A DNA stretch of 64,000 nt. Source: Spirochaetia bacterium (GTDB lineage Bacteria; Spirochaetota; Spirochaetia; SZUA-6; Bin103). The stretch spans positions 5,600,001-5,664,000 of the forward strand of contig CBDBDQ010000005.1 in assembly GCA_965203905.1 (NCBI GenBank). Direction: 5' to 3'. How positions within the stretch are numbered: position 1 is the first letter of the stretch; every line of letters starts with the position of its first letter. The notes beneath the pieces were generated by a model. It was not told the DNA's origin. It saw nothing but the letters and a program-made list of their open reading frames with translations, and did no database searches. Shown one piece after another: positions 62,194 to 64,000 of this stretch. Both the position numbers and the translations under genes were made by a program.

Positions 62194-63341
62194 CGGCGCG
62201 GCGCGCCGCGGCCGCGGGTTCCGGTCAGGTGCCGGCCGCGTTGCGGGCGTCCGGGTAGACGCAGCGGGCGCTGGTAGGTGGGGTCGCGCTTCTGCTTGCG
62301 CAGGGTGTCGACGATCTCGCGCCAGGTGGCGAACAGGCCGTAGGGAGCGACCGGCAAATCGGGCTCCAGCACCTTGCGCAGCTTGGGCAGGTTGTAGAAC
62401 GGCACCGCGGCGAACATGTGGTGCTCGACGTGGTAGTTCATGTTCCAATAAAAGAAGCGCACGAACGAGCCGGCCAGGTAGGTGCGCGTGCTGCGCCGCC
62501 AGTCGGCCACGTCCGGCTCCATGCCGATGTGTTGCGGCACGTGGGTCAGGATGCCGAACCACCTCGCGAAGAACGTCGCGAAGGTCACCAGGAACAGCAG
62601 GATCCAGTTGCCCGAGAGCACGAAGACCAGCGCCAGCGCGGCATGGCCGAACAGCATCACGCGGGCCCAGCGCACCATCTTCGCGAGCACCTCGGGGTCG
62701 GATGCCGGGAACAGGACTCTCTCCCGTTTGGACTTCAGGATCAACTCGGGACGGCGGCCGAAGCAGTGCCGGAACAACTGACCAAACACCAGCAGCATCA
62801 CCTTCGGGTGAAAGGTGAAGCCGTAGATCCAGGCGTGCCACTTGAAGTCGAGCGGCAGCATCACCTCCAGGTCGAAGTCGTGGTGCGTAGTGTACTGGTG
62901 GTGCCTGGCGTGGCTGCGGCGGAAGTGGATGTAGTTGAACCAGGTCAGGAAGCCGTTGAAGCGAAGGAAGAACTCGTTCAGCCAGCGGGTCTTGAACATG
63001 CTCTTGTGGGCCAGCTCGTGGCCGCCGGTGCCGCCGCCGAAGAAGCCGTAGAACGAGCAGTGCACCCAGACCGCGGCCACCACCCAGGGCCAAGCAAGGT
63101 GGTGGAATGCCCATACGGCTAGCGCGCCGGTAGCGGCCGAAAATCCGAGCATGCCGAGATTGTGCAGCAGCGGCTGCCAGTCATTCCTGCGGTTCAACTC
63201 CGCCAGCACCGCGCGGTCGATGGGGCTGCGGTACCAGTTGAAGCGTACGCCGCGGTCGTCGATGCCGGTCTCCGCGACGCTGTACTCAGCAGGCTCGCCG
63301 ATCACCTGCGTGCGGTGCTGCTCAAGTTCGCTGGCGCTCAT
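62172..63341 (-). CDS. Second MocD-like desaturase-fold oxygenase
   Basis: WYRSPID, HELAH, HFRRSHARHH, PQH.G, YWNMNYHVEHH. Confidence 0.88.
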   Translation of the reverse strand: MSASELEQHRTQVIGEPAEYSVAETGIDDRGVRFNWYRSPIDRAVLAELNRRNDWQPLLHNLGMLGFSAATGALAVWAFHHLAWPWVVAAVWVHCSFYGFFGGGTGGHELAHKSMFKTRWLNEFFLRFNGFLTWFNYIHFRRSHARHHQYTTHHDFDLEVMLPLDFKWHAWIYGFTFHPKVMLLVFGQLFRHCFGRRPELILKSKRERVLFPASDPEVLAKMVRWARVMLFGHAALALVFVLSGNWILLFLVTFATFFARWFGILTHVPQHIGMEPDVADWRRSTRTYLAGSFVRFFYWNMNYHVEHHMFAAVPFYNLPKLRKVLEPDLPVAPYGLFATWREIVDTLRKQKRDPTYQRPLRLPGRPQRGRHLTGTRGRGAPRRYLTQPG

Positions 63342-63384
63342 TAGAATGGTGGTACCGGCCGGCTGGACGGTACAAGACGCAGGC

Positions 63385-63735
63385 TATGGCGTACACGAAC
63401 GTGGGAATCACGTCCGCGGTTTCGTAGATTGCCGGATTGTACAACAGAAAGATCTTCTCGAAGCCGATGCTCATCATGTTTCCCATGCGGAGAATGAGCA
63501 GAATGACTATGGTCGGCAAGATACCGGGAATCGTCACATGCCAGGCTTGGCGGAGCCGTCCGGCACCATTGATGGACGCGGAGGCGTACAATTCCTGGTC
63601 GATGGCGCTCACAGCGGCCAGGTAGATGATCGATCCCCACCCCACGCTTTGCCAGATCTCGGTAACTACGTAGACTGGCCTGAAATACTTGGGGAGATTG
63701 ATCCGGTCGCCGCCCAGAAGGGCGAGAAAGTCGCT
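63385..63735 (-). pseudogene. Internal fragment of an LplB-like permease
   Basis: WQSVGWGSIIYLAAV..IDQELY..GAGRLRQAWHVTIP..GFEKIFLLYNP..ADVIPTFVY; both ends missing. Confidence 0.82.
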
Positions 63736-64000
63736 GCCATAGATCGACTTTGCGCCCTGCAGGATTCGGTAACTGTGTGCTTGATCATCGCATAGCCTCG
63801 TACCTCCTTTTGGGATGAGTCCTTGGGGAGGCCGTTCGAGGCGCAAATCACAGGGACGCTTTCAACCATCTAATTCGCCTCCCTGAATTCATAAAAAAGA
63901 TCTGAACCCACTCTCACAAGAAGAAAAATAACTCCAGTTTTTTTATACAGTCTGTTGTTGCTAACATTCGCTTCAAGAATAAACATTAGATCATTATTGA

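Overview
GC-rich bacterial chromosome segment with no rRNA, tRNA or CRISPR array. The style of the solute-binding proteins, the many ABC importers, the AAA/PD-(D/E)XK gene and the dense toxin-antitoxin content suggest a host-associated (sponge-symbiont-like) Spirochaetota genome; this is inference only. The window holds peptide/nickel-type and carbohydrate ABC importers, a TPP-riboswitch-controlled thiBPQ operon, catabolic enzymes (amidohydrolases, two MocD-like di-iron oxygenases, a CE4-GH78 fusion, a sulfatase-fold enzyme with Thr at the nucleophile position, PhyH, Gfo/Idh/MocA), five intact TA pairs, and an apparently lower-GC catabolic island (about 41.8-52 kb) whose two promoters share a 31-bp architecture. 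The best-supported candidate for an under-described system is a complete 2918-bp ISKra4-family insertion sequence (23-bp terminal inverted repeats, 9-bp target duplication). It carries a DUF4338/DruA-like passenger with a Mom-like GNAT motif next to its transposase and has inserted into the last codons of an ABC permease. Many intergenic spaces are patchworks of short fragments of unrelated genes, and several genes carry short hairpin or locally templated insertions; this is either unusual genome erosion or an assembly artefact. All family calls come from motif recognition by eye, with no database searches.
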